Notes: generated by a model from the sequence alone, not told the origin. A stretch of DNA of 30,086 nucleotides from Candidatus Woesearchaeota archaeon (GCA_038874655.1 JAVZBY010000008.1:1133-31218); one strand, 5' to 3'; counted from the first letter of the stretch, positions 1-10,223 are shown. A program made the numbers and translations.

Positions 1-116
1 AAAGAAAACACCATAATTGTATAAAGAATTCACATATTTTCTATGAAATTCAATTTGTTTTCCTAGATTAGTTTCTAATTTCATTAAATAATTTTTTAAT
101 GACTTATATTTAAAAT

Positions 117-1565
117 TTATCCTTTTATAACACCAATAGGCTTCATTCTTGCAACAGCTTTACTAATATTTGCTTTTTCTGTTGTTTTAATAACCTCATC
201 TATATCTTTATAAACTTCTGGAGCTTCTTCAGATACACCTTTCCATGAAGCGCTTTTTAAAAAAATATTTCTTTTTTCTAAGCTTTGTTTTACTTGCTCA
301 CCTCTAAATTTTTTATTTGCTTCGTTTCTGGACATTACTCTGCCAGCACCATGAGCAGTACTTCCAAAAGCAATATTCATAGTTTCTTTTGTGCCAACTA
401 AAACATAAGAAGCAGTACCCATACTTCCTGGGATTATTACAGGATGACCAACTTCTCTATATGCAATAGGAACTTCACTATGTCCTGCTGGAAAACATCT
501 TGTAGCACCTTTTCTATGCACAATTACCTTTTTTATTTCTTGTTTACTCTCATCTGTACTTATGTTGTGTTCCTCTATTTTTGCTATATTATGCGCCACA
601 TCATAAACTGTTTTTACTTTTAATTCTTTATAATCCTTAAAAACAATTTTAAAAGCCTCTCTTACATGATGTCCTATTATGTGTCTGTTTGTCCATGCAA
701 AGTTTGCTGCACAAATCATAGCTTTGAAATAATCTTGTCCTAATTTAGAGCTAAAAGGTGCATAAGCTAAATCCTTTTCTGGTAATTTTGAAACTATTTC
801 AGGATATTGTTCTTCTATTGCTCTTAAATAGTCTGTGCATATTTGATGACCAAAACCTCTACTACCACAATGTATCATAACAACAACTTGGTCTTTTTTG
901 TTTATTCCAAATTTTTCAGCAATATTAGGTTGATATATTTCATCTATAAATTGTATCTCTAGAAAATGATTTCCACTACCTAAAGTTCCTAGTTGAGATC
1001 TGCCTCTTGCTCTTGCTTTTTGACTAACTTTTTTTGGATCAGCACCTTGAATAAAACCATTGCTTTCACAATGAATTAAATCATCTTCATTTCCATATCC
1101 CTTTTCAACAGCCCATTTTGCTCCTTTAATCATAACTTCATCTAATTGAGAATCTGTTAATTTTAAGTTTGAATCTTCACCTGTTCCACAAGGAATTCTT
1201 TTAAATAATTCTTCTAAGAGTTCTTTAATTTTTGGCATTACTTGCTCTTTTGTTAAATTTGTTGATAATAAACGGACACCACAATTAATATCGAATCCAA
1301 CTCCACCAGGAGAAATAATTCCTTTTTCTAAATCAAAAGCAGCAACTCCTCCAATAGAAAAACCATAACCCATATGCATATCTGGCATTGCAAATGAGTA
1401 TTTCATAATTCCTGGCAATTGTGCTACATTTTTTACTTGTTCAATTGATTTGTCTTGCTTTACCTTTTCCAATAATCTTTCAGAAACAAATATTCTACCA
1501 GGAACATTCATTTTTCCTTGCTTTGGAATTTCCCAAGTAACTTCGTTTATTTTTTTCAATTCCAT
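117..1565 (-). CDS. rtcB: tRNA-splicing ligase RtcB
   Basis: 482 aa with RtcB motifs MPDMHMGYGFSIGGV, GVGFDINCGVRL, LGTLGSGNHFLE, HCGSRG, YDVAHNIAK, HRKGATR, PGSMGT, STAHGAGR and EEAPEVYK. Confidence 0.97.
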   Translation of the reverse strand: MELKKINEVTWEIPKQGKMNVPGRIFVSERLLEKVKQDKSIEQVKNVAQLPGIMKYSFAMPDMHMGYGFSIGGVAAFDLEKGIISPGGVGFDINCGVRLLSTNLTKEQVMPKIKELLEELFKRIPCGTGEDSNLKLTDSQLDEVMIKGAKWAVEKGYGNEDDLIHCESNGFIQGADPKKVSQKARARGRSQLGTLGSGNHFLEIQFIDEIYQPNIAEKFGINKKDQVVVMIHCGSRGFGHQICTDYLRAIEEQYPEIVSKLPEKDLAYAPFSSKLGQDYFKAMICAANFAWTNRHIIGHHVREAFKIVFKDYKELKVKTVYDVAHNIAKIEEHNISTDESKQEIKKVIVHRKGATRCFPAGHSEVPIAYREVGHPVIIPGSMGTASYVLVGTKETMNIAFGSTAHGAGRVMSRNEANKKFRGEQVKQSLEKRNIFLKSASWKGVSEEAPEVYKDIDEVIKTTEKANISKAVARMKPIGVIKG

Positions 1566-1776
1566 ATTTTTTTTAAAATTAAATATCTTTTTAAGATTTG
1601 TGCTCTTTTTTTTATTAACTCACTTTTTTAAGAAATTTTTTATAAAAAAGTGTTTACAATTTTAAAAAGTTTTTTAAAGTAATTTATATCACTTTTATAT
1701 TAGATAAGTATTATTTTACAATAATTATTTTAGTTTTATTTAATTATATAAAAATTTTGTAAAAAGAGGTGTAATA

Positions 1777-3090
1777 ATGGAAATTAAAAAAATAGTTGCT
1801 AGAGAAATACTTGATTCTAGAGGAAATCCTACTGTTGAGGTTGATTTACATACAGAAAGTTTTGTTACAAGAGCTTCTGTTCCCTCAGGAGCTAGCACAG
1901 GAATTCATGAAGCTTTAGAATTAAGAGATAATGATAAAAGATATCATGGAAAAGGTGTTTTAAAAGCTGTTGAAAATATAAATAAAATTATAGCACCAAA
2001 AATTATTGGTTTAGATGTTAGGCAACAAAAGTTTATTGATACTTTAATGATTAACTTAGATGGCACTAAAAATAAGAAAAATTTAGGCGCTAATGCAATT
2101 TTAGCAGTTAGTATGGCTGTTTGTAGAGCAGGAGCATTGTCTCAAAATAAACCACTTTTTAGATATATTAAGGAATTAGCTGAAACAAAAAATATTATTA
2201 TGCCAAATCCCTATTTTAATGTTATTAATGGAGGAGTTCATGCAGGAAATAGTATTGATTTTCAAGAATATATGATTGTGCCATTTGTTAAAGATTTTAA
2301 AGATGCATTGAGAATTGGTTCTGAGGTATATCACACATTAAAAAAAATTTTGAAAGAAAAGTATGGTTTAGATGCTGTTAATGTTGGTGATGAAGGAGGG
2401 TTTGCGCCACCAATTAAGAATAATGAAGAACCTTTGAAAATTTTAATGCAAGCAATAAAAGAAAGTGGTTATGAAAATGAAGTTAAAATTGCTTTAGATC
2501 CCGCAGCATCAGAATTTTATTATAAAGATTATTATTTGTATGGAAGCAAATTTTTATCAGGCAAAGAAAAAGAGAAATTAGTTAAGAAAAAGGGAATTTC
2601 TGGGCAAGAATTAGCAGAGTATTATTTAAAATTAATTAAGAAATATCCTATTGTATCAATAGAGGATGGATTTGCCCAAGATGACTGGAAATCATGGCAG
2701 TATTTTATGGACTTAGTTGAAAAAGAAAAACAAAACCCAAAAAGCACAATCAACCATAGTTTTCATGTTATTGGAGATGATTTATTAGTTACTAATGTTG
2801 AGAGAATAAAGATTTCTTTAGAAAAAAATGCTTGTAATGGCTTGCTATTAAAAATAAATCAAATTGGCACAATAACAGAAGCAATAAAAGCAGCAAAATT
2901 AGCATTAGGAAATGGCTGGCTTGTTATGGTTAGTCATAGAAGCGGTGAAACAGATGATCCGTTTATAGCTGATTTGGTTGTTGGTTTAGGAACAGCACAT
3001 ATAAAATCTGGCTCACCTTGTAGAGGAGAAAGATTGGCTAAGTATAATCAATTGTTGAGAATTGAAGAAGAATTAGAAAATAAAAATTAA
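1777..3090 (+). CDS. eno: enolase (phosphopyruvate hydratase)
   Basis: [36 protein letters not shown] and SHRSGET motifs; SD GAGGTG just upstream of the ATG. Confidence 0.98.
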   Translation: MEIKKIVAREILDSRGNPTVEVDLHTESFVTRASVPSGASTGIHEALELRDNDKRYHGKGVLKAVENINKIIAPKIIGLDVRQQKFIDTLMINLDGTKNKKNLGANAILAVSMAVCRAGALSQNKPLFRYIKELAETKNIIMPNPYFNVINGGVHAGNSIDFQEYMIVPFVKDFKDALRIGSEVYHTLKKILKEKYGLDAVNVGDEGGFAPPIKNNEEPLKILMQAIKESGYENEVKIALDPAASEFYYKDYYLYGSKFLSGKEKEKLVKKKGISGQELAEYYLKLIKKYPIVSIEDGFAQDDWKSWQYFMDLVEKEKQNPKSTINHSFHVIGDDLLVTNVERIKISLEKNACNGLLLKINQIGTITEAIKAAKLALGNGWLVMVSHRSGETDDPFIADLVVGLGTAHIKSGSPCRGERLAKYNQLLRIEEELENKN

Positions 3091-3100
3091 AAGAAATTTT

Positions 3101-3733
3101 TTAAAATCTTCTTTTAAATCTTTGATTATACTCTTCAATAAAGTCTTCTATTGTTGGCTCTCCTACGTTCTTGTGAAGTGCTTCAACTTCTTCTAAAAAT
3201 TTTTTGAAAGGTAATATATTTAATTTTTTGTAATTAGGAAATAATTCTTTAATTCTTGAAGTTCTTTCATCATAGTTCCATTTATCTGGACTTTCAGATT
3301 CTCCTTTTAAAATTTTTAAAAAATAATTTAATGTATCTTGTGAGCAGATTGAAAAATAAGGCATATCTGTTCTTTGTTCTATTGCAGTAATTGTTCTATG
3401 TAAACCTTGTAATATATAAATAGGAATTTCATCACTTCTCTCTTTTAATATTTTAAAAAAAGTTTTATCAAATGGAAAACCATCATTATCAAAAAGAGGG
3501 TTTCTTCTTTCATCTAAATAATTTCTCGGTAATTTTGAAGCGTCATAAACAATAATTCCTGGACCTTCTCTATCTGGGCCAAATTCAGAGTGATGTGCTA
3601 AGGATTCTATAATTTTTTCAGGATTTATATAGCCACCTATTTCTTGTGTAGGTAATAATAAAAATAATAATCTATAAGGTAAAACTTGATAAAACGCATT
3701 AGGTATTTTTATTTTTTCAGTGATAGTTTTCAC
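3101..3733 (-). CDS. hypothetical protein, possible divergent ParB/Sulfiredoxin-like domain
   Basis: 210 aa ORF with GTG start. IYILQGLHRTITA resembles the ParB/Srx (D)GxHR motif, and PGIIV precedes it. The family call is weak. Confidence 0.6.
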   Translation of the reverse strand: MKTITEKIKIPNAFYQVLPYRLLFLLLPTQEIGGYINPEKIIESLAHHSEFGPDREGPGIIVYDASKLPRNYLDERRNPLFDNDGFPFDKTFFKILKERSDEIPIYILQGLHRTITAIEQRTDMPYFSICSQDTLNYFLKILKGESESPDKWNYDERTSRIKELFPNYKKLNILPFKKFLEEVEALHKNVGEPTIEDFIEEYNQRFKRRF

Positions 3734-3839
3734 CTTTAAATTAAATAAAGGTGTAAAAAATTTTCTTTTTTAAAAAGATTACTACTTTATAGTTTTATTA
3801 AAGGATAAATTTTTATATTTGATTAGTTTATAATATTAT

Positions 3840-4280
3840 ATGGTTTTAGATAAACTTTTAAATGAACAGAATTTAAATGAGGAAATAGTATTGGATTTAA
3901 ATTTACAAACATCTTCACCTTATTTGTTAAATGTGCCTCGTATTAATGATTTATTGGATTATTATAAATCTTTAGGTTTAATTCCCTATTATAGAAATAA
4001 ACAAGAAAATACAGAACCAAGATTAAGTAGATTAGAAAACTTAATAGTAGGTATTACAGGCATTTTTTTATATGATGGAAATTCACAAAATATAATAGAA
4101 AAAAAGTTTGAAGAGGTTGTTTTTAAATTACCTAACTTATATTTAGAGCAAATGTCAAATGGAAGATACAATCTTGTTTTATTAATACCTCAAGAAATAA
4201 TTTTGGAAAAAAATTATGATTGGAAAGAAATTCAGAAAAAGAGTATAGATGTTTTAAACGATAGAGGATATAAGATATAG
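3840..4280 (+). CDS. hypothetical protein
   Basis: 146 aa ORF filling the gap, divergent from the 3101-3733 ORF; no recognisable motif. Confidence 0.7.
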   Translation: MVLDKLLNEQNLNEEIVLDLNLQTSSPYLLNVPRINDLLDYYKSLGLIPYYRNKQENTEPRLSRLENLIVGITGIFLYDGNSQNIIEKKFEEVVFKLPNLYLEQMSNGRYNLVLLIPQEIILEKNYDWKEIQKKSIDVLNDRGYKI

Positions 4281-4505
4281 ATTTTTTTTCTTTTTTATTT
4301 TATCTTTTTTTGTTCCTTTTACATTAGAATAATTTTACTTAGATAATTTAAAATATATTTTTTGTATTTTTCCTAGGTTTTTTTGTTAAACTTTAGTAAA
4401 ATATAAAAATACTTTTAATTAGTAAATTTTATATCTATTGTGTTTTTTTATTATTTTGTTTTTTGTTTTTAAAATTTATGAAATGGAAAAATAAAAGGGG
4501 AGAAA

Positions 4506-7500
4506 TTGACTAAGATTAATAAATTAGTAATGCAGGGCTTTAAAAGTTTTGCTTTGAAAACAGAATTAGTTTTTGGACCAGGTTTTAATTGTATATTAGG
4601 GCCAAATGGTTCAGGAAAATCTAATGTTTTAGATGCTTTATGTTTTGTATTAGGTAAAAGTTCTTCAAAATCTTTAAGAGCTGAAAAAACAGCTAATTTG
4701 ATTTATAATGGTGGAAAAACTAAGCAGCCAGCAAAAGAAGCTTCTGTAATTATTTATTTTGACAATTCTAATAATGAATTTCCTATCAATGAAAAAGAGG
4801 TTAAAATAACTAGAACTGTTAAACAAAATGGTAATAGTATTTATAAAATAAATGATAAAACAGTGACAAGAAATCAAATAGTAGAACTATTAAGCCATGC
4901 AAGAATTAATCCAGATGGATATAATATTGTTTTACAAGGAGATATTGTTAGAATAGTGGAAATGAGTCCTATAGAAAGAAGGCAAATCATTGAAGAGATT
5001 GCAGGTATTTCTATTTATGAGGAAAAAAAACAAAAGGCACTTAATGAATTAAACAAAGTAGAAGAAAAATTAAAGGAAGCAGATATAATTTTGGCTGAAA
5101 GAGAAGTTTATTTAAAAGAATTAAAAAAAGATAGAAATCAAGCTTTAAAATTTAAAGAGTTAGATGAGAATATTAAAAGAAATAAAGCAACAATCTTATT
5201 TTTAAGATTAAATGAAAAACAAAATAAAAAACAAGAATTAGAAAAAGATATAGAAGAAAAGAATAAACAAATTAAAAAAATAGAGGAAGAAATTCTTTCT
5301 TTGAAAAAGGAGATTGAAACAAAAAAAGCTGAGATTTCTCAAATTAATAAAGAGATTGAAGAAAAGGGAGATAAAGATCAAATACAAATACAAAAACAAA
5401 TAGAAGAATTAAGAGTTTCTTTGGGAACAAATAAATCTAGAATAAATACAATTGATAATGAGATTTTAAGAATTTCAGATAGAAAAAAGCAATTGGAGCA
5501 AAGTCTTAAAGATATAAATGATAAAATTGAAAGATTATTATTGGAAAAGAAGGCATTTGAAAAATCTATTTCTGAGAAAAAATCACAAATTAATGCAATA
5601 GAAACTAAAATTTCTCAGTTTAAAGCAAAATATAAGTTAGAGGATTCAAGTGATTTGGAAAAACAAATTGAGGAAATTGATAAAAAGTCTGAGCAAAAAT
5701 TAGCAGAGATTCAATCTTTAAGAGATAAACAGCAAAATTTATTGCGAGAAAAAGATAAATTAGATTATCAAATACAAAGCGCTGATGAGAAAATAAATAA
5801 AGTTTTAGAAGTAAAAAAAGAGAATGAAAAAGAATTGGAAAGATTAAAACAAATGAGACAAGAGTTTAAGAAAGCAACATTAGAGTTAAGCACAAGATTA
5901 AATGAAGATTCATCAATAACAGCACAATTATCTAATGCAAGAGCTAAGTCAATAAAAATAAAAGAAGAATTAGCAAAGTTGACAGCTAAACAAGCTGGAA
6001 TGCAAGAAACAAGTACAGGAGATATTGCACTACAAAAAATTCTGGAATTAAAGAAAAAGGTAAAAGGAATTTATGGAACAGTATCAAGTTTAGGACAAGT
6101 ATCAAGTGAATATGCTGTTGCTTTGGAAGTTGCTGCAGGGCCTAGAATTAAAAGTATTGTTGTAGATACAGATGCAACAGGAGCAGAATGCATAAATTAT
6201 TTAAAAAAAAATAAGTTCGGTATTGCATCATTCTTGCCTTTGAATAAAATAAAACCCACACCTGAGAGTGTGGAATTAAAAGCAGTTTTAGGAAAAAAAG
6301 GAGTTAGAGGATTAGCAATTGATTTGATAAAATTTGAGCCGCAATTTAAGAATGTTTTCTCATATGTTTTTGGTAATACTCTGGTTGTTGAAAATATTGA
6401 AGTTGCCAGACAGATTGGTATTGGAAAGTTTAGAATGGTTACATTAGATGGAGATTTAACAGAAACTAGTGGAGCAATGCATGGTGGTTTTAGAAAAAAA
6501 GAGAGTATAGGTTTTCAAGAAAGGGAATTAGTAAGTCAAATAGAAAAACTAGAAAAAGAAGATTCTGAGTTGGATTCTGTTATTAATGCATTAGAAAAAA
6601 GAAAAGCTGAAAATGAAGAAAAAATAACAAGATTAAGGCATTTAAAAGCAGAATTAGAAGCGGAAATACTTAAAATTGAAAAATCTCTGCATATTGAGGA
6701 TTCTGATTTAGATGTTTCAAAACAACAAAAAAAAGAGTTTCAGGAAAAAAGTCAAGAGATTGAAACAGAGTTAAGAAAATTGCAAAATGAGATAGTAAAA
6801 TTAAATACAGAATTAGCACAATTAAAAATATCTAAACAAAGTATTAGAGATAAAATTAATTCATTGAAGAATCCAGCATTATTGGCAGAATTAAATACTT
6901 TTGAGCAAAAAAGAACAGAGTTAAAAGAAGAAATTATTAAGCTTGAGGGAGAAATAAAAAACATTGATGTGCAAATAAATACAATTTTGCAACCAGAATT
7001 GGACAATATTAAAAAGATTTTAAAACAGCATGAAAAAGAAGAAATGGATTTTAAAAAAGAAAAAGAGTCATTAGTTAATTTGATTAAAAATCAAGAGAAA
7101 GAGTTGAAATCAAAAGAAGAAACACAAAAAGAGTTTTACAATAAATTTAAAGAGCTATTTAAAAAAAGAGATAAAATTAATAATGAAATTAATGAAATAG
7201 AAACAAAAGTGTATAAAAAAGAAGATGCAAAAAGAAATGAGGAATTAAAACTTAATTCTGTTTCTTTGGAGAATGCAAAAATTAGTGCAGAATTAGAAGG
7301 TGTAAAACAGGAATATAAACAATATGAAGGCATTCCTATTTTTGAGAATAAAGATGAAGAAAAAATAAAAAAAGAGATATGGGAATTTGAAAAAATGATG
7401 CAAGATATAGGAGCTGTAAATATGAAAGCATTGGAGATTTATGATGCTGTAGAAAAAGAATATAAAGAAGTACAAGAAAAGAAAACAACATTAATTAAAG

Positions 7501-7997
7501 AAAAGGAAGATGTTTTAGTTATGATGAATGAAATAGAGACAAAGAAAAAAGACCTTTTTATGAATACATATAATGTTATTAATGAGAACTTTAAAAAGAA
7601 GTTTACAAGTTTATCTTCTAAAGGGGAGGCAACATTAGAATTAGAAAGTCCAGAGACAATTTTTGATGCTGGATTGAATATTAAAGTTAGATTAACAGGC
7701 AAAAAATTTTTAGATATAAGAAGTTTATCAGGTGGAGAAAAAACTATGACTGCATTAGCATTTTTATTTGCAGTTCAAGATCATGAACCTGCTCCTTTCT
7801 ATGTTTTAGATGAGGTTGATGCTGCCTTGGACAAAAGGAATTCTGAGCAATTAGCCCAATTAATAAGAAAATATGTTGCAAAAGCACAATACATAGTAAT
7901 AAGCCATAATGATGGAATTATTAGTGAAGCAGATAACTTGTATGGTGTTTCTATGAATGAACACGGAATTAGTAAGGTAGTTAGTTTAAGAATATAA
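4506..7997 (+). CDS. smc: chromosome segregation protein SMC
   Basis: Walker A GPNGSGKSN, Q-loop VLQGD, long coiled coils, hinge (GIYGTV...GAMHGG), signature LSGGEK, Walker B/D-loop LDEVDAALD and ISH. TTG start preceded by GGGGAG. Confidence 0.97.
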   Translation: MTKINKLVMQGFKSFALKTELVFGPGFNCILGPNGSGKSNVLDALCFVLGKSSSKSLRAEKTANLIYNGGKTKQPAKEASVIIYFDNSNNEFPINEKEVKITRTVKQNGNSIYKINDKTVTRNQIVELLSHARINPDGYNIVLQGDIVRIVEMSPIERRQIIEEIAGISIYEEKKQKALNELNKVEEKLKEADIILAEREVYLKELKKDRNQALKFKELDENIKRNKATILFLRLNEKQNKKQELEKDIEEKNKQIKKIEEEILSLKKEIETKKAEISQINKEIEEKGDKDQIQIQKQIEELRVSLGTNKSRINTIDNEILRISDRKKQLEQSLKDINDKIERLLLEKKAFEKSISEKKSQINAIETKISQFKAKYKLEDSSDLEKQIEEIDKKSEQKLAEIQSLRDKQQNLLREKDKLDYQIQSADEKINKVLEVKKENEKELERLKQMRQEFKKATLELSTRLNEDSSITAQLSNARAKSIKIKEELAKLTAKQAGMQETSTGDIALQKILELKKKVKGIYGTVSSLGQVSSEYAVALEVAAGPRIKSIVVDTDATGAECINYLKKNKFGIASFLPLNKIKPTPESVELKAVLGKKGVRGLAIDLIKFEPQFKNVFSYVFGNTLVVENIEVARQIGIGKFRMVTLDGDLTETSGAMHGGFRKKESIGFQERELVSQIEKLEKEDSELDSVINALEKRKAENEEKITRLRHLKAELEAEILKIEKSLHIEDSDLDVSKQQKKEFQEKSQEIETELRKLQNEIVKLNTELAQLKISKQSIRDKINSLKNPALLAELNTFEQKRTELKEEIIKLEGEIKNIDVQINTILQPELDNIKKILKQHEKEEMDFKKEKESLVNLIKNQEKELKSKEETQKEFYNKFKELFKKRDKINNEINEIETKVYKKEDAKRNEELKLNSVSLENAKISAELEGVKQEYKQYEGIPIFENKDEEKIKKEIWEFEKMMQDIGAVNMKALEIYDAVEKEYKEVQEKKTTLIKEKEDVLVMMNEIETKKKDLFMNTYNVINENFKKKFTSLSSKGEATLELESPETIFDAGLNIKVRLTGKKFLDIRSLSGGEKTMTALAFLFAVQDHEPAPFYVLDEVDAALDKRNSEQLAQLIRKYVAKAQYIVISHNDGIISEADNLYGVSMNEHGISKVVSLRI

Positions 7998-8000
7998 CAC

Positions 8001-8014
8001 GATACATTTATAAA
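8001..8014 (+). promoter_or_regulatory. putative archaeal TATA box for tRNA-Met
   Basis: TTTATAAA at 8007-8014, about 37 nt upstream of the mature tRNA 5' end. The AT-rich background lowers specificity. Confidence 0.45.
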
Positions 8015-8050
8015 ATAGGTGGATTTCTAATTTTTTAGTTTTAAATTTAT

Positions 8051-8173
8051 GCGGGTGTAGCTTAGCCTGGTTATAGCGCAGGACTCATATATTTGAGTGA
8101 TGAGCCTTTTTAATGGCTATGAAATCAAAATTGCGCAATCCTGAGGTCGCGATTTCAAATATCGCCACCCGCA
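8051..8173 (+). tRNA. tRNA-Met(CAT), elongator type, with 48-nt intron at 37/38 (8090-8137)
   Basis: Acceptor GCGGGTG/CACCCGC, A73; anticodon stem CAGGA/TCCTG with loop CT-CAT-A|A; T arm GCGAT-TTCAAAT-ATCGC. G1-C72 and the absence of three G-C anticodon-stem pairs argue against an initiator; Ile2 is not fully excluded. Complete CCA is not encoded; a T-run follows. Confidence 0.9.
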
Positions 8174-8271
8174 CTTTTACATTTTAGTCATTATACTTTA
8201 AATATATTAATTTTTTATTTTTAAAATCTTTAAAACCTAATTTTATAAAATCTTTATATTTCTTTTAAATT

Positions 8272-9549
8272 ATGCAAAAAAATCAGAAAAAGGTTTTTAT
8301 TAAGACATATGGATGCTCTTTTAATGTAGCAGATTCAGAAAATATGGCTGGCTTATTAAAAGAGAGCGGCTATAAAATTGTGGATAATGAAAAAGATGCA
8401 GATTTAGTAATAATTAATAGTTGTACTGTTAAAAATAATGCTGAAACTAAGTTTTGGCGTGATGTTAAAAACATTAAAAAACCAAAGATATTAGCAGGTT
8501 GTGTGCCTCAAGCAGAAACTGATAAAACAAAGTTTTCAGGTTTTTCTGTTATTGGAACTAATCAAATAACAAAAGTTGTGGAAGTTACAAATCAAACTTT
8601 ATCTGGAAATGTAGTACAATTATTAACTAAGGAAAAAAATCCAAGGTTAAATATTCCAAAAGTTAGGAAAAATTCAGTTATAGAAATATTGCCTATAAAT
8701 GAAGGTTGTTTAGGAAGCTGTACTTTTTGTAAAACTAAATTTGCTAGGGGTCATTTGTATTCTTATGAGTTAGATGCAATTGCAAAACAAGCAAGAGAAG
8801 CATTAAACGAAGGCGTAAAAGAGATATGGCTTACAAGTCAAGATACTGCTTGTTATGGTTATGATATTGGAACTAATATAGTTGAACTAATAAAAAAAAT
8901 TTTGGAAATGAAAAGAGAATTTAAATTAAGATTGGGGATGGGCAACCCAGAATATTTTAAAAAGCAAATTGATAATTTATTGCCTTTATTTCAAGATAAA
9001 AGATTATTCAGATTTTTGCACATACCTTTACAAGCTGGCAGCAATAAAGTTTTGAAAGATATGAAACGAGAGTATTCAGTCGAGGAATATTTAGAATTAA
9101 TTAAAAAAATTAAATCTCAATATCCAGATATGACTTTATCAACAGATATTATTTGTGGTTTTCCAACAGAGTCAAATTCTGATTTTGAAATGACATTAAA
9201 AATAATTGAAGAAATAAAACCAGATGTTTTAAATATTTCTAGGTTTTGGCCAAGACCAGGCACAAAAGCAGCTAAATTAAAGCAATTGCCAAGTGAAGTT
9301 ATTAAAGATAGAAGTATAAAATTAAGAAATTTGTTTTACAAAGTTGCAAAAGAAAACAATAAAAAATGGTTTGCCTGGAAAGGTGAAATTTTAATTGATG
9401 AAATTGGTAAAAATAATTCATTTATTGGAAGAAACTATGCATATAAACCAGTTATTATCAAAAAAAGCGATAATATTAAATTAGGTGATTTTGTAAATGT
9501 TGAGATTGTAAAAACAGAAACTCATGATTTAAGAGCTGTCAAATTATAA
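8272..9549 (+). CDS. mtaB: tRNA t6A37 methylthiotransferase, archaeal/eukaryotic MtaB (CDKAL1-like)
   Basis: UPF0004 cysteine motifs TYGCSFN, NSCTVK and AGCVPQ; radical SAM CLGSCTFC; C-terminal TRAM domain (GRNYAYKPV). Confidence 0.9.
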   Translation: MQKNQKKVFIKTYGCSFNVADSENMAGLLKESGYKIVDNEKDADLVIINSCTVKNNAETKFWRDVKNIKKPKILAGCVPQAETDKTKFSGFSVIGTNQITKVVEVTNQTLSGNVVQLLTKEKNPRLNIPKVRKNSVIEILPINEGCLGSCTFCKTKFARGHLYSYELDAIAKQAREALNEGVKEIWLTSQDTACYGYDIGTNIVELIKKILEMKREFKLRLGMGNPEYFKKQIDNLLPLFQDKRLFRFLHIPLQAGSNKVLKDMKREYSVEEYLELIKKIKSQYPDMTLSTDIICGFPTESNSDFEMTLKIIEEIKPDVLNISRFWPRPGTKAAKLKQLPSEVIKDRSIKLRNLFYKVAKENNKKWFAWKGEILIDEIGKNNSFIGRNYAYKPVIIKKSDNIKLGDFVNVEIVKTETHDLRAVKL

Positions 9550-10158
9550 TCAAACAGGAACACCTAATAAAATAATTAGTCCAGTACAAACAATTCCTGC
9601 CAAGACCATTTTCAAACCCCAAATCACTATATTCTCTTTTGAAATGTGTCCTAAGAAACTGCCAATAACTAATAGTAATGCAAAAGCTATTCCGATTGCA
9701 AAATAATATGCTGTATTTATTCCTATTAAATTTATGAAAAAAAATGGAGATATTGTTAAAAATGCAGCTAAAAATGGAGATAATCCATCTATTAAAGATA
9801 TTAAGATAGTTGCTGTTTTTTCTGCTTTAGCAATTTTTGTGTTGTTTAAATCTGAAAGTGTTATTTTTTCCAATTCTATTAATTTTTTTTTTCTTTCAGC
9901 TTCTTCTGTTAAATATGTGCCCCAAATTCCTGAAATGCCCATTGCAATACTTACACCTAAACCTGTTGAAATAATTATTTTAGGGTCATTAACTTTTGCA
10001 ATGAAATTTCCTACTATTACACCTATTATTGTTAATAAACCATCAAAAGAATTCATAGCAAAGTATCTACGAGCCATTTCTTCTATATTGGCTATTCTAT
10101 TATATTCTTTAATTTTTTTCCAATATCTTTTTAATTTTTCAAACATAAAATGCACCAA
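9550..10158 (-). CDS. VIT1/CCC1 family metal transporter
   Basis: ARRYFAMNSFDGLLT, GIWGTYLTEEAE and about 5 hydrophobic segments; lies downstream of DUF211, a pairing common in archaea. Confidence 0.85.
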   Translation of the reverse strand: MVHFMFEKLKRYWKKIKEYNRIANIEEMARRYFAMNSFDGLLTIIGVIVGNFIAKVNDPKIIISTGLGVSIAMGISGIWGTYLTEEAERKKKLIELEKITLSDLNNTKIAKAEKTATILISLIDGLSPFLAAFLTISPFFFINLIGINTAYYFAIGIAFALLLVIGSFLGHISKENIVIWGLKMVLAGIVCTGLIILLGVPV

Positions 10159-10223
10159 GTAAAATATTTTTAAATATTCTTTAAAATAGTAGTGATAAAT
10201 TTGATAAAAAATTTTAAAATTTT

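Noticed and set aside
1450-1665. 71-aa plus-strand ORF overlapping the rtcB start
   Set aside because: Antisense shadow running into an AT-rich intergenic region; F/L-rich with no motif.
3989-7702. Short minus-strand ORFs inside the 3840 ORF and smc (3989, 4674, 6752, 7136, 7293, 7439)
   Set aside because: Antisense shadows of K/E-rich coding sequence, which give F/S/L-rich pseudo-membrane peptides.
4506-7997. smc as part of a Wadjet/MksBEF or Rad50/SbcC system
   Set aside because: It has a canonical hinge-containing SMC architecture with no jetABD or mre11 neighbours. scpA/scpB being absent from the window is not informative.
8097-8124. Active hammerhead ribozyme in the tRNA-Met intron
   Set aside because: Core C3 is G, three extra nucleotides separate stem II from GAAA, and no convincing stems I/III with an NUH site are seen. 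Kept only as a K-turn/box C observation.
9734-10162. 142-aa plus-strand ORF
   Set aside because: Antisense to the well-supported VIT1/CCC1 gene.
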